DNA from: Bacteroidia bacterium
Lineage (GTDB): Bacteria; Bacteroidota; Bacteroidia; UBA4408
Direction of reading: 5' to 3'
NCBI GenBank assembly: GCA_035439485.1
Contig: DAORKI010000004.1
Coordinates: 5,745 to 69,744 of the forward strand
Length of the DNA stretch: 64,000 bases
A model generated the notes under the pieces. It did no database searches. It saw only the letters and a list, made by a program, of their open reading frames with translations, and was not told the DNA's origin. This document shows positions 30,991 to 40,455 of this stretch, one piece after another (the first letter of the stretch is position 1; the number at the start of each line of letters is the position of its first letter). Both the position numbers and the translations under genes were made by a program.

Positions 30991-31752
30991 TTGGTTAAAG
31001 CAAGAGTATTGCAAAGTTATATTTGCTTTATGTTTATAGGTGTAATGATAGTTTTAAGGTTTATTTGGACTTGGGTTAAAAGAATCATTTTCTTTGGAAT
31101 TATAGCAAGTATACTATCCGTTTTATTGTTTAAATATGTGATGGTTCCTTTTACGCCACTGATGATTAGCAGATCTATTGAACATATATTTGATGGAAAG
31201 ACTCCCAAATTAAAAAAAACATGGGTGGCTTTAGACGACATGTCAAAGGAAATGCCTTTAGCTGCCATGTGTGCTGAAGACGGGAATTTTTTGAACCATC
31301 ATGGTTTTGATTTTGAGGCCATGGAAAAAGCATGGAAGTATAATAATAAACATGGAGATAAAAAACCCATTAAAGGCGGAAGTACTATTTCGCAACAGGT
31401 AGCAAAAAATGTGTTTTTATGGCAAGGACGAACCTATTTAAGAAAAGGTTTAGAAGTGTATTTTACTTTTTTGATTGAATTGATTTGGAGTAAGCATCGA
31501 ATAATGGAAGTATACTTGAATGTTATTGAAATGGGTGATGGAATTTATGGAGCAGAAGAAGCTTCACAAGCCTATTACAACAAATCATGCAAAAAACTCA
31601 AACGGGGTGAAGCTGCTCTGATTGCTGTATGTTTTCCAAATCCAAGAAAATTGAGTCCTTTAACACCAAATAAGCGGCTGTTCAATAAGCAACAAAAAAT
31701 TGTTCGATTAATGAACTACACTGGAAAAATTGATTGGAACAAACCAAATTAA
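30991..31752 (+). CDS. mtgA: monofunctional biosynthetic peptidoglycan transglycosylase
   Basis: The GT51 motifs '[13 protein letters not shown]' and '[12 protein letters not shown]' are present. The true start is more likely the ATG at ~31030 than the TTG at 30991. Confidence 0.9.
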   Translation: MVKARVLQSYICFMFIGVMIVLRFIWTWVKRIIFFGIIASILSVLLFKYVMVPFTPLMISRSIEHIFDGKTPKLKKTWVALDDMSKEMPLAAMCAEDGNFLNHHGFDFEAMEKAWKYNNKHGDKKPIKGGSTISQQVAKNVFLWQGRTYLRKGLEVYFTFLIELIWSKHRIMEVYLNVIEMGDGIYGAEEASQAYYNKSCKKLKRGEAALIAVCFPNPRKLSPLTPNKRLFNKQQKIVRLMNYTGKIDWNKPN

Positions 31753-32834
31753 TTATTGCACTTTTGACGAAGTAAAAAATCAATAATTACAAGGGCTGCC
31801 ATAGCTTCAACAATTGGAACTGCTCTTGGAACCACGCATACATCATGTCTTCCTGACACTTTTAAACTTACTTCATTTAAATCTTTGTTGAGTGTTTTTT
31901 GTTCAATTTTTATAGAAGAAACTGGTTTAAATGCAACATTAAAATTAATTTCAGCGCCATTGCTAATGCCTCCTTGTATGCCACCAGAATGATTAGTTAA
32001 AAATTCAATTTTATTTTCATTATTAACCATGAGATCATTATGCTCTGAACCTTTCATAGTGGCTGATTTAAAGCCAGAACCAAATTCAAAACCTTTTACA
32101 GCATTGATACTTAACATTGCTTTGCCCAATTCGGCATGCAATTTATCGAATACAGGTTCGCCCAATCCAACTGGAACACCATTAATTTTGCAAGTAATAA
32201 TTCCTCCTAATGTGTCGCCTGTTAATGCTGTATTTTCAATTAATTGAATCATTTTGAAAGCAATTTCCTTATTTGGACACCGCACTAAATTACTTTCAAT
32301 GTCTTCAAAATTCAAGGGATGCAAACCTTCATCCAATTTGATGTTTCCAATTTGAGATACATAAGCACAAAATGAAATTTGATGCTGTTTCAAGTACAAT
32401 TGCGCAACCGCACCAGCTACTACCCTACTTAATGTTTCTCGAGCTGAGGCACGTCCGCTACCTCGATGATCTTTATGACCGTATTTGGCTGTGTAAGTAT
32501 AATCAGCATGTGAAGGTCTAAAGGTATCTTTTAAATTATCGTAGTCCTTACTTTGGTGGTCTTCGTTATGAACCATAAATGCAATAGGGGTACCAATAGT
32601 TCTACCATCAAAAATACCTGATAAAAAAATAACTTTATCTTTTTCTTTTCTTGGGGAAACAATTCCTGACTGACCAGGTTTTCGTCTATCCAATTGATGT
32701 TGGATAAATTCAAAATCTATGATTATACCTGGAGGACAACCATCAATAACACCACCAATTGCATTTCCATGACTTTCTCCAAAAGTTGTAAGTTTAAAAA
32801 GAGTCCCATAAGTATTTCCGGCCATAAGGTGCAT
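31749..32834 (-). CDS. aroC: chorismate synthase
   Basis: The 361-aa ORF has the 'GESHG' and 'GRSSARET'-like conserved regions of AroC. Confidence 0.95.
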   Translation of the reverse strand: MHLMAGNTYGTLFKLTTFGESHGNAIGGVIDGCPPGIIIDFEFIQHQLDRRKPGQSGIVSPRKEKDKVIFLSGIFDGRTIGTPIAFMVHNEDHQSKDYDNLKDTFRPSHADYTYTAKYGHKDHRGSGRASARETLSRVVAGAVAQLYLKQHQISFCAYVSQIGNIKLDEGLHPLNFEDIESNLVRCPNKEIAFKMIQLIENTALTGDTLGGIITCKINGVPVGLGEPVFDKLHAELGKAMLSINAVKGFEFGSGFKSATMKGSEHNDLMVNNENKIEFLTNHSGGIQGGISNGAEINFNVAFKPVSSIKIEQKTLNKDLNEVSLKVSGRHDVCVVPRAVPIVEAMAALVIIDFLLRQKCNN

Positions 32835-33034
32835 TATATAATGGTGCTAATGTATTAAAACTTGTTTATTAATTTGTGCATTTATCAAATGATAATGAAA
32901 ATTCAGTATAAAATTTCTTAAAAAAATATGTATATAAACATCATGTTAACTTTGTATTTGATACGTTTTTAGTAAATTGTAAATTACTTTTACAAAAGCT
33001 TTATTTTTTTTGTGTGATTAACTATGTTAAATTA

Positions 33035-33042
33035 TAACTTTG
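33035..33042 (+). promoter_or_regulatory. Bacteroidota-type -7 promoter box (TAACTTTG) upstream of sucA
   Basis: It matches TAnnTTTG 21 nt upstream of the sucA ATG, within an AT-rich 229-bp divergent intergenic region. Confidence 0.3.
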
Positions 33043-33063
33043 CGTTTTGATAAGACATAAAAT

Positions 33064-35796
33064 ATGGATAAGTTTTCTTATTTGAGTAACGGACATGTTG
33101 ATGCTATTGAAGATAGCTATAAACAATATTTAGATAATCCTGATTCGGTTGAACCCGGATGGAGAAGTTTCTTTGAAGGGTTTGAATTTGCAAGAAAAAA
33201 TTACGAAACTCTACATGAAGTACCTGATAATATTACTAAGGAGTTTCAGGTTGTAAATTTAATCAATCTTTACAGAAGCACTGGGCATTTATTTACCAAA
33301 ACCAATCCAGTGCGTGATCGTAGAAAATACACGCCAACTTTAGATGATATACATTTAATTGGTTTGGGTGAAGCTGACATGGAAACAGAGTTTCAGGCTG
33401 GGAATCAAATTGGTTTAGGCCCAGCGAAACTAAAAGACATTATAAGTTTTTTAAAGAAAACATATTGTAATTCAATTGGTGTTGAGTTTAAGTACATTCG
33501 AAATCAAAAAATTTTAGAATGGTTACAAAAGCGTATGGAGAGCACACAAAATACACCAAGTCTTTCCTCTAAAGAAAAATTGCGTTTACTTGAAAATATT
33601 AGCAAGGCAGTAGTATTCGAAAACTTTTTACATACCAAGTTTGTAGGGCAAAAAAGATTCTCTTTGGAGGGGGCAGAGTCATTGATACCTGCATTAGATG
33701 CTGTAATTGAGAAAGGAGCAGAAATAGGAATTCAAGAGTTTGTAATTGGAATGGCTCATAGGGGTCGTCTGAATGTTTTGGCTAACATTTTACATAAAAC
33801 GTATGAAGATATATTTAGTGAATTTGAAGGAAAAGAATTTGAAGATTCTTTATTTGATGGAGATGTAAAATATCATCAAGGTTATAGTGCTGATATTGTT
33901 ACCGATACAGGAAAGAAAGTTCATTTAAGTTTAACTCCAAATCCATCGCATTTAGAAACTGTTGGACCTGTTGTAGAAGGTATATCTCGTGCAAAAATAG
34001 ATGCTGCATATCAAGGAGATTATAATAAGTTGGCGCCAATATTAATTCATGGCGATGCTGCAATTGCTGCTCAAGGTGTAGTTTACGAGGTAATTCAAAT
34101 GTCGAAATTAGATGGGTATAAAACTGGAGGAACCATTCATTTAGTAATTAATAATCAAATAGGGTTTACCACCAATTATCATGATGCCCGTTCAAGCACA
34201 TACTGTACTGATATTGCGAAGGTGGTGCAATCACCTGTTTTTCATGTGAATGGTGATGATGTAGAGGCTTTAGTATATTCAATTCGTTTGGCAGTAGAAT
34301 TTCGTCAAAATTTTCATAAGGATGTGTTTATCGACTTATTATGTTACCGCAAATATGGGCACAATGAAGGTGATGAACCACGATTCACACAACCAATATT
34401 ATATAAAGCTATTGCTGCACATCAAAATGCAAGAGAGATTTACGTTAAAAAATTAATGGCTGAAGGTTCTGTTGATGAAAATAAATCGAAAGAAATTGAA
34501 AAAAATTTCAAAAAATTATTACAAGATAGGCTGGATGATGCCAAGCAAATAAGTAAATCGAAAATAACTTCATTTTTAGATGGGGTTTGGAAAGGATTAA
34601 GAATGGATGAAGATCATGATTTTGATCAATCACCAGTAACTGCCGTAAAAAAAGAAACACTCCTTAGCATTGGACAAAAAATATCCCAGATTCCATCAGA
34701 TATGAAATTCTTTAATAAGGTGGAAAGTATATTGAAAGATCGTCAAAAAATGCTCGAAGGAGAAGGACGACTTGACTGGGCTATGGGTGAGCTCTTGGCT
34801 TATGGAACACTTTTAAAAGAAAATTATCCGATTCGATTCAGTGGGCAGGATGTTGAGCGAGGCACTTTTTCGCACAGACATGCCGTCATAAAAATTGAAG
34901 ATAGCGAAGAAGAATATGTTCCATTAAACAATATCGATAATATTCAAGCAAAGTTTGAAATTTATAATTCATTGCTTTCGGAATATGGAGTACTCGGCTT
35001 TGAATATGGTTATGCAATGGCTACACCGCAGGGTTTAACCATATGGGAAGCACAGTTTGGCGATTTCAATAATTGTGCTCAAGTAATTTTTGACCAATAC
35101 TTGTCGGCTGCTGAAGATAAATGGAGAAGGATGAATGGGATATGTGTATTTTTACCTCATGGTTACGAAGGCCAAGGTGCAGAGCATAGTAGTGCGCGCA
35201 TGGAGCGTTTTTTACATCTTTGTGCACAAAATAATATGTATGTAGTAAATGTTACAAGCCCAGCCAACTTTTTTCATTGCCTACGCAGGCAGTTGATAAG
35301 CTCTTTTAGAAAGCCACTTATAGCATTCACACCAAAAAGTTTATTAAGACATCCTAAGTGTGTTTCTAAAATTGAAGACTTTACCAATGGTGGATTTAAA
35401 GAGCTTATTGATGACACTAATGCCGATCCATCAAAAGTGAATGAAATTTTGCTTTGCACTGGTAAAATATTTTATGAATTAGCTGAACGTAAAGAAGAAA
35501 TGAATGCCGAGCATATTGCAATTATTAGATTAGAGCAGTTGTATCCATTTCCAATGAATCAAATTAATGATGTATTTGCAAAATACAAAAAGGTAAAGTC
35601 ATACACTTGGGTGCAGGAAGAACCTGAAAACATGGGTGCTTGGGCATATATGCTTCGTACTTTACGAAAGATTGATTTAAAATTAATTTCTCGAAAAGAA
35701 AGTGCCAGTCCAGCAACTGGGTCTTCAAAAACACATGCTAAGCAACAAAAAGAAATAATCGATAAAGCTTTTGCCTCTGAAAAAGTGAAAGCATAA
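33064..35796 (+). CDS. sucA: 2-oxoglutarate dehydrogenase E1 component
   Basis: The 910-aa ORF has the ThDP-binding fold and transketolase-like domains and is followed by the E2 gene. Confidence 0.95.
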   Translation: MDKFSYLSNGHVDAIEDSYKQYLDNPDSVEPGWRSFFEGFEFARKNYETLHEVPDNITKEFQVVNLINLYRSTGHLFTKTNPVRDRRKYTPTLDDIHLIGLGEADMETEFQAGNQIGLGPAKLKDIISFLKKTYCNSIGVEFKYIRNQKILEWLQKRMESTQNTPSLSSKEKLRLLENISKAVVFENFLHTKFVGQKRFSLEGAESLIPALDAVIEKGAEIGIQEFVIGMAHRGRLNVLANILHKTYEDIFSEFEGKEFEDSLFDGDVKYHQGYSADIVTDTGKKVHLSLTPNPSHLETVGPVVEGISRAKIDAAYQGDYNKLAPILIHGDAAIAAQGVVYEVIQMSKLDGYKTGGTIHLVINNQIGFTTNYHDARSSTYCTDIAKVVQSPVFHVNGDDVEALVYSIRLAVEFRQNFHKDVFIDLLCYRKYGHNEGDEPRFTQPILYKAIAAHQNAREIYVKKLMAEGSVDENKSKEIEKNFKKLLQDRLDDAKQISKSKITSFLDGVWKGLRMDEDHDFDQSPVTAVKKETLLSIGQKISQIPSDMKFFNKVESILKDRQKMLEGEGRLDWAMGELLAYGTLLKENYPIRFSGQDVERGTFSHRHAVIKIEDSEEEYVPLNNIDNIQAKFEIYNSLLSEYGVLGFEYGYAMATPQGLTIWEAQFGDFNNCAQVIFDQYLSAAEDKWRRMNGICVFLPHGYEGQGAEHSSARMERFLHLCAQNNMYVVNVTSPANFFHCLRRQLISSFRKPLIAFTPKSLLRHPKCVSKIEDFTNGGFKELIDDTNADPSKVNEILLCTGKIFYELAERKEEMNAEHIAIIRLEQLYPFPMNQINDVFAKYKKVKSYTWVQEEPENMGAWAYMLRTLRKIDLKLISRKESASPATGSSKTHAKQQKEIIDKAFASEKVKA

Positions 35797-35824
35797 ATAA
35801 TTATAACCATTAAATATTAATCTT

Positions 35825-37060
35825 ATGATGATAGAAATAAAAGTTCCAAGCCCTGGAGAATCAATTACAGAAGTACAAATTGCACGTTGGTTAAAAAAAG
35901 AAGGAGATATTGTAGAAAAGGATGATGAGCTATGTGAAATTGATTCAGATAAAGCTACATTAACTGTAAATGCAGAAGAGGCAGGACAATTACAAATTCT
36001 AGCTAAAGAAGGCGAAACAGTTAAAGTGGGTGAAATAGTATGTAAGATTGACACATCAGTTGCAGCAATTCCAAATGCGACAGCAATTGAAAAAGCCGTG
36101 CCCAATAAAAATGTTGAAACTACGAAAGCAGTTCCAAATAAGGTTGAAATGCCTGTTAAGGAAAGCTATGCTCAAGGAGTCCCATCGCCATCGGCTAAAA
36201 AACTAATGGATGAGAATCAAATACCGGCAAATGCAGTTGTTGGAACAGGTAAAGGAGGTAGAGTAACAAAACAAGACGTTTTGAGTTTGATGTCGAAAGG
36301 CTTTAATTCTAGTATTAAAGAAGAAACCAGCAGGAATACTGATCGACAAAAAATGACATCCTTACGCAAAAAGCTATCTCAACGATTAGTGGCTGTTAAA
36401 AATGAAACAGCTATGTTGACTACTTTTAACGAAGTAGATATGAGCGCGATTATGGCCATTAGAGCAAAGTACAAGGATGCATTTAAAGAAAAATTTGGCG
36501 TGAATGTTGGGTTCATGAGCTTTTTTACCAAGGCAGTGACAGAAGCACTTCAATTGTTTCCTGCGGTTAATGCTATGATTGACGGAGATGAAATTGTGTA
36601 TCACAAATATTGTGATATTGGAATTGCAGTGAGTGCTCCAAAAGGTTTGGTAGTTCCAGTATTGCGTAATGCCGAAGCTATGAGTTTGGCTGACATTGAA
36701 AATGGCATCAAAACATTAGCATTAAAAGCAAGAGATAATAAAATTACTATTGAAGAAATGACTGGTGGAACCTTTACCATCACCAACGGTGGGGTTTTTG
36801 GAAGTATGATGAGCACACCAATTATTAATCCACCTCAAAGCGCAATATTAGGAATGCATAATGTGGTTGACAGACCAATTGCTGTTAATGGTGAAGTTAA
36901 AATTAGACCAATAATGTATGTTGCCCTTTCATACGATCACCGTATTATTGATGGTAGAGAATCTGTAGGATTTTTAGTTAAAGTTAAAGAAATGCTTGAA
37001 AACCCAGCAAAAATGCTTTTTGGAGCTAAATCGCCAGAAGAAATTTTATTAGGTTTGTAG
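35825..37060 (+). CDS. sucB: dihydrolipoyllysine-residue succinyltransferase (E2 of 2-oxoglutarate dehydrogenase)
   Basis: It has an N-terminal lipoyl domain ('EIDSDKATL', lipoyl-Lys), a peripheral-subunit-binding domain and a C-terminal catalytic domain with 'DHRIIDG'. Confidence 0.93.
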   Translation: MMIEIKVPSPGESITEVQIARWLKKEGDIVEKDDELCEIDSDKATLTVNAEEAGQLQILAKEGETVKVGEIVCKIDTSVAAIPNATAIEKAVPNKNVETTKAVPNKVEMPVKESYAQGVPSPSAKKLMDENQIPANAVVGTGKGGRVTKQDVLSLMSKGFNSSIKEETSRNTDRQKMTSLRKKLSQRLVAVKNETAMLTTFNEVDMSAIMAIRAKYKDAFKEKFGVNVGFMSFFTKAVTEALQLFPAVNAMIDGDEIVYHKYCDIGIAVSAPKGLVVPVLRNAEAMSLADIENGIKTLALKARDNKITIEEMTGGTFTITNGGVFGSMMSTPIINPPQSAILGMHNVVDRPIAVNGEVKIRPIMYVALSYDHRIIDGRESVGFLVKVKEMLENPAKMLFGAKSPEEILLGL

Positions 37061-37082
37061 ATAATATAGATAGTTAAATTTA

Positions 37083-37111
37083 AAGGGTTGAAGTAATTCA
37101 ATCCTTTTTTT
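37083..37111 (+). terminator. Rho-independent terminator after sucB
   Basis: The stem is AAGGGTTGAA / TTCAATCCTT with one G-U wobble and a GTAA loop, followed by T7. Confidence 0.55.
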
Positions 37112-37122
37112 ATTTCACTCCC

Positions 37123-37941
37123 ATGGACAACATTCAAATTACTAGTTTAAGTAATCCTAAAATTAAGTTAATAACTAAGTTAGAGAAATCGGGACATAGG
37201 GCCGAAATGGGTTTATTTACGGTGGAAGGAAAAAAGGAAATTTTGCTTTGTGCTGAAGCAGGGTATGAAATCACAGAATTGTACTACTGTAAAGCAATCA
37301 TTAAAGATTTTTCGCTTTTGCATAACCCTTTATTTAAAGGTTCAAATCTCATTGAAATTTCATTGCCCGTTTTTGAGAAAATTGCCTATCGTGAAAGTAG
37401 AGATGGTTATTTTGCTGTTGCCAAAACAAAGTATAAAAACTTAAACGAAATTAAGCTTTCTCCCAAGGCCCATATTATAGTTTTAGAATCTGTTGAAAAA
37501 CCGGGAAACCTTGGTGCAATTTTGCGTTCGGCAGATGCTGCTCAAGTAGATGCGGTAATTGTTTGTGATAAAAAAACCGATATTTTTAATCCTAATGCCA
37601 TTAGAAGTAGCCTAGGATGTATATTTACAAATCAAATAGTGTGTTGTAGTAATGAGGAATGTTTACAGTGGCTAAAATTGAATGAAATTATCACTTATGC
37701 CGCTGCACTATCTGCCACCGAATTATATCATGAACAAAATTTTACACATGCAACAGCACTTGTGTTTGGTACTGAAGCTGAGGGTTTAAGTAATTTTTGG
37801 TTGAGCCATGCAGATAAACAAATTAAAATTCCAATGCGTGGAAAAATTGATTCTTTGAATGTTTCAGGAAGTTGTGCTGTAATGATGTTTGAAGTAGAAA
37901 GGCAAAGAGGATTTGGGAGAATTGCAAAAATTAACAACTAA
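37123..37941 (+). CDS. TrmH/SpoU family RNA 2'-O-methyltransferase
   Basis: It has the SPOUT fold motifs 'VLESVEKPGNLGAILRSADAA' and 'IPMRGKIDSLNVS'. Confidence 0.8.
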   Translation: MDNIQITSLSNPKIKLITKLEKSGHRAEMGLFTVEGKKEILLCAEAGYEITELYYCKAIIKDFSLLHNPLFKGSNLIEISLPVFEKIAYRESRDGYFAVAKTKYKNLNEIKLSPKAHIIVLESVEKPGNLGAILRSADAAQVDAVIVCDKKTDIFNPNAIRSSLGCIFTNQIVCCSNEECLQWLKLNEIITYAAALSATELYHEQNFTHATALVFGTEAEGLSNFWLSHADKQIKIPMRGKIDSLNVSGSCAVMMFEVERQRGFGRIAKINN

Positions 37942-37972
37942 TATTTCGGGAATTTAGCTCGAAAACTCTACT

Positions 37973-40186
37973 TCAAATTTTAACACCTATCACCAGTATA
38001 TCATCAATTTGTTCAATATCTTTTCTGTAGTCAATTATATATTTGTCCAACTCCACTCCTTGCTCCTGCATAGATTTATTTTGCAATGACAAAATTAATT
38101 CTTTAAATCTTTTTCTAGTTAATTTCTTTTGTCCCGAATCTCCTCCAAATTGATCTGCAAAGCCATCAGTAAATAGAAAAAAAGAATCTGTTTTATTTAA
38201 ATTGAAAGTATGGTTCATGAATGGTATTCTATCATCATTCATTCCAATTGGTTGTTTGTTTGCCTTAGTCTCCATAATTATTCCATTTTGAATTATCCAT
38301 AAAGGATTGTTTGCTCCAGCCCACTGCATGGTGTTGTTTATTGGATTATAAGCACATAAAGAAATATCCATACCATCTTTGATGTCCTCTTCACTTTTAC
38401 TGAAGTTTTCAATTACTATTTCAGCAGTTTTATCAAGAATTTTTGCAGGTTGTGTCAAACCAAATTCTCGAACTGCTCTATTAAGTGCATTGTAACAAAT
38501 CACTGAAACCATTGCTCCGGGAACTCCATGTCCAGTACAATCGCAAGCAGCCAACAAAATCAAATCATCAACTTTTTCCATCCAATAAAAATCACCCGCA
38601 ACAATATCTTTGGGCTTATATAAAATAAAGAAATTTTCTAAATGTTGCTTTAGTATTTTTTGTGTTGGAAGTATGGCTGTTTGAATTCGTAATGCATATT
38701 CAATACTATCAAGAATTTCTTTTTGCTTTTCTTCTACCAACAGTTTTTGATTAGAGATAATTAGGTTGTCTTTTTTCTTTCTTCTATAGTTACGATAACT
38801 GATAGCTGCCAATAATATCATAAATGCAAATCCAGCCATAAAACTATTTCTAACAATTTTATGTGTTTCTATTTCATGGTCTGAAATTGCCTTATCTATT
38901 GCCTTTTGCTTTTCATATTCGTTTTGATACTTTTCTTTTTGTACCAATTGATGAATTTCTTCACTTTTCAATTTATTATTAAGTAAAATGTACTGTTTAT
39001 AGTGTTCGAAAGCCCCTTTAAAATCACCCTTAGCCGAATCAATTGTTGTTGCAAGTAACTCGCTTTTTTTTAGATTATTTGAAAATAAATTTCGTTTTTC
39101 AATTTCAATTGAGCGTTCAATACACAATTTAGCTTTATTGTATTCCTTTAATTTAAGATAAGTGTTAGCCAAACGATGGTTTGCATTGGCAATTTGGGCT
39201 TCTTCTTTTATTTCTTCAAATATTTTTAATGACTTGGTATTAAATTCAAGGGCCTTTTGAAAATTACCTTCGGTTAAATAAATACTTCCAATATTTCCAG
39301 AAGTAATCCCAATCCAATAAATATCTTTCATATCTTCTGACATAGACATACACTTTTGGTAATTCAATAGCGCTTTTTGAAATTCATGGTTATCCATATA
39401 CATACCTCCAATGCAGCTGTAAACCCTTCGAACCTGCTGATTGTTTTTTATAAGTTCATATAATGAAAGTGACTTTAAATAACATTGAAGTGCTTTGCTA
39501 ATATCATGAAGTTTACCATGTAAGTCGCCTTTTGACATAAACACTTGAGCTAAGCTAGCAGTATCTTTTATTTCAGTATACATGGATATTGATTGCTCAT
39601 ACTTCTCTAAAGCCTGACTATTTTCATCTTGGCTCCGATATATTTCTGCAATTTGATATAAACAGCCTGCTATGCCTTTTTTGTAATTCATTTTTTTCGC
39701 TCTCTGCAAAGCTTGCTGACAATATTGTATTCCTTTAGGATAGTTTCCTACAGCAATATAAAAATTACTCAAGCCTCTAATAGAGCCAATAATAGCTTCA
39801 TTGTCACTTGCTTCTTCATATATGGAAATTCGGATTTTTTGGGTTTTGACTACATTAAACGTATCCTTCATTTCAGTATAATAGTATCTCACAAATCCAT
39901 AGGCTTCAGCTTTTTGCTGCAAGAGTTGTTTTTTCTTTTCAATATCATTGGTTTGTGCTATTAGTTTATCTAATATTTTAATCAGAGGTTGGGCATATTT
40001 TAAATTATCATTTATATCACATTGGTTACAAAGTGCAAAATATATATTTACTTTAGCAGTATCCGTAGTTGCTTTTTGCAAAGCAAGATGAAGCGAATCC
40101 ATTGTAATACTTCTGGCATTTGTAAAAAAAATGCACAAGAAAAATAAGGTAATAAGAATGATATTTTTTTTCATTTTATTCATCAA
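37973..40186 (-). CDS. TPR-repeat sensor with single transmembrane helix and C-terminal SpoIIE/PP2C-type Ser phosphatase domain (RsbU-like)
   Basis: The ORF has a signal/anchor sequence and about eight TPR-like repeats. A transmembrane helix ('FMAGFAFMILLAAISY') follows. The PP2C/SpoIIE domain has 'GDFYW', 'DCTGHGVPGA' and 'FTDGFAD'. Confidence 0.8.
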   Translation of the reverse strand: MMNKMKKNIILITLFFLCIFFTNARSITMDSLHLALQKATTDTAKVNIYFALCNQCDINDNLKYAQPLIKILDKLIAQTNDIEKKKQLLQQKAEAYGFVRYYYTEMKDTFNVVKTQKIRISIYEEASDNEAIIGSIRGLSNFYIAVGNYPKGIQYCQQALQRAKKMNYKKGIAGCLYQIAEIYRSQDENSQALEKYEQSISMYTEIKDTASLAQVFMSKGDLHGKLHDISKALQCYLKSLSLYELIKNNQQVRRVYSCIGGMYMDNHEFQKALLNYQKCMSMSEDMKDIYWIGITSGNIGSIYLTEGNFQKALEFNTKSLKIFEEIKEEAQIANANHRLANTYLKLKEYNKAKLCIERSIEIEKRNLFSNNLKKSELLATTIDSAKGDFKGAFEHYKQYILLNNKLKSEEIHQLVQKEKYQNEYEKQKAIDKAISDHEIETHKIVRNSFMAGFAFMILLAAISYRNYRRKKKDNLIISNQKLLVEEKQKEILDSIEYALRIQTAILPTQKILKQHLENFFILYKPKDIVAGDFYWMEKVDDLILLAACDCTGHGVPGAMVSVICYNALNRAVREFGLTQPAKILDKTAEIVIENFSKSEEDIKDGMDISLCAYNPINNTMQWAGANNPLWIIQNGIIMETKANKQPIGMNDDRIPFMNHTFNLNKTDSFFLFTDGFADQFGGDSGQKKLTRKRFKELILSLQNKSMQEQGVELDKYIIDYRKDIEQIDDILVIGVKI

Positions 40187-40410
40187 AAATTCACTTGTTT
40201 TTGGCTGAGTTTGGAAAAGTGAGTGTCATTAAATTGAAACACATGTTGTTGCTATGATAATCTTTATTGAATGGAAGCCTAAATAATGCTATTTAAATTT
40301 TGATATATGCTTTTTATATTTCAACACAAGCTCTGTTTTAGGGTAAAGCACATTACTTTTACTAATAATTTTCTTCTAGTTAAAAGTATATAATTATTAG
40401 TTGACAGAAA

Positions 40411-40433
40411 AGTTACAAGCATAAGTTGTAACT
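40411..40433 (-). other. perfect 8-bp inverted repeat (AGTTACAA-n7-TTGTAACT) just downstream of the OmpA/TSP3 gene stop
   Basis: This is read directly from the sequence. On the minus-strand transcript it is followed by a short U-stretch (UUUCUGUC). It could be a weak intrinsic terminator or a protein-binding palindrome. Confidence 0.3.
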
Positions 40434-40455
40434 ATAAATTTAATAATAATCATAG

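Noticed and set aside
32835-33063. 229-bp AT-rich intergenic region checked for a tRNA or small RNA gene
   Set aside because: It is about 80% A+T with no GC-rich stems or tRNA-like cloverleaf segments. It is best explained as divergent promoters for aroC and sucA.
35725-36105. 126-aa minus-strand ORF spanning the sucA-sucB junction
   Set aside because: It overlaps two strongly supported genes on the opposite strand and has a Ser/Ile-rich composition, so it is spurious.
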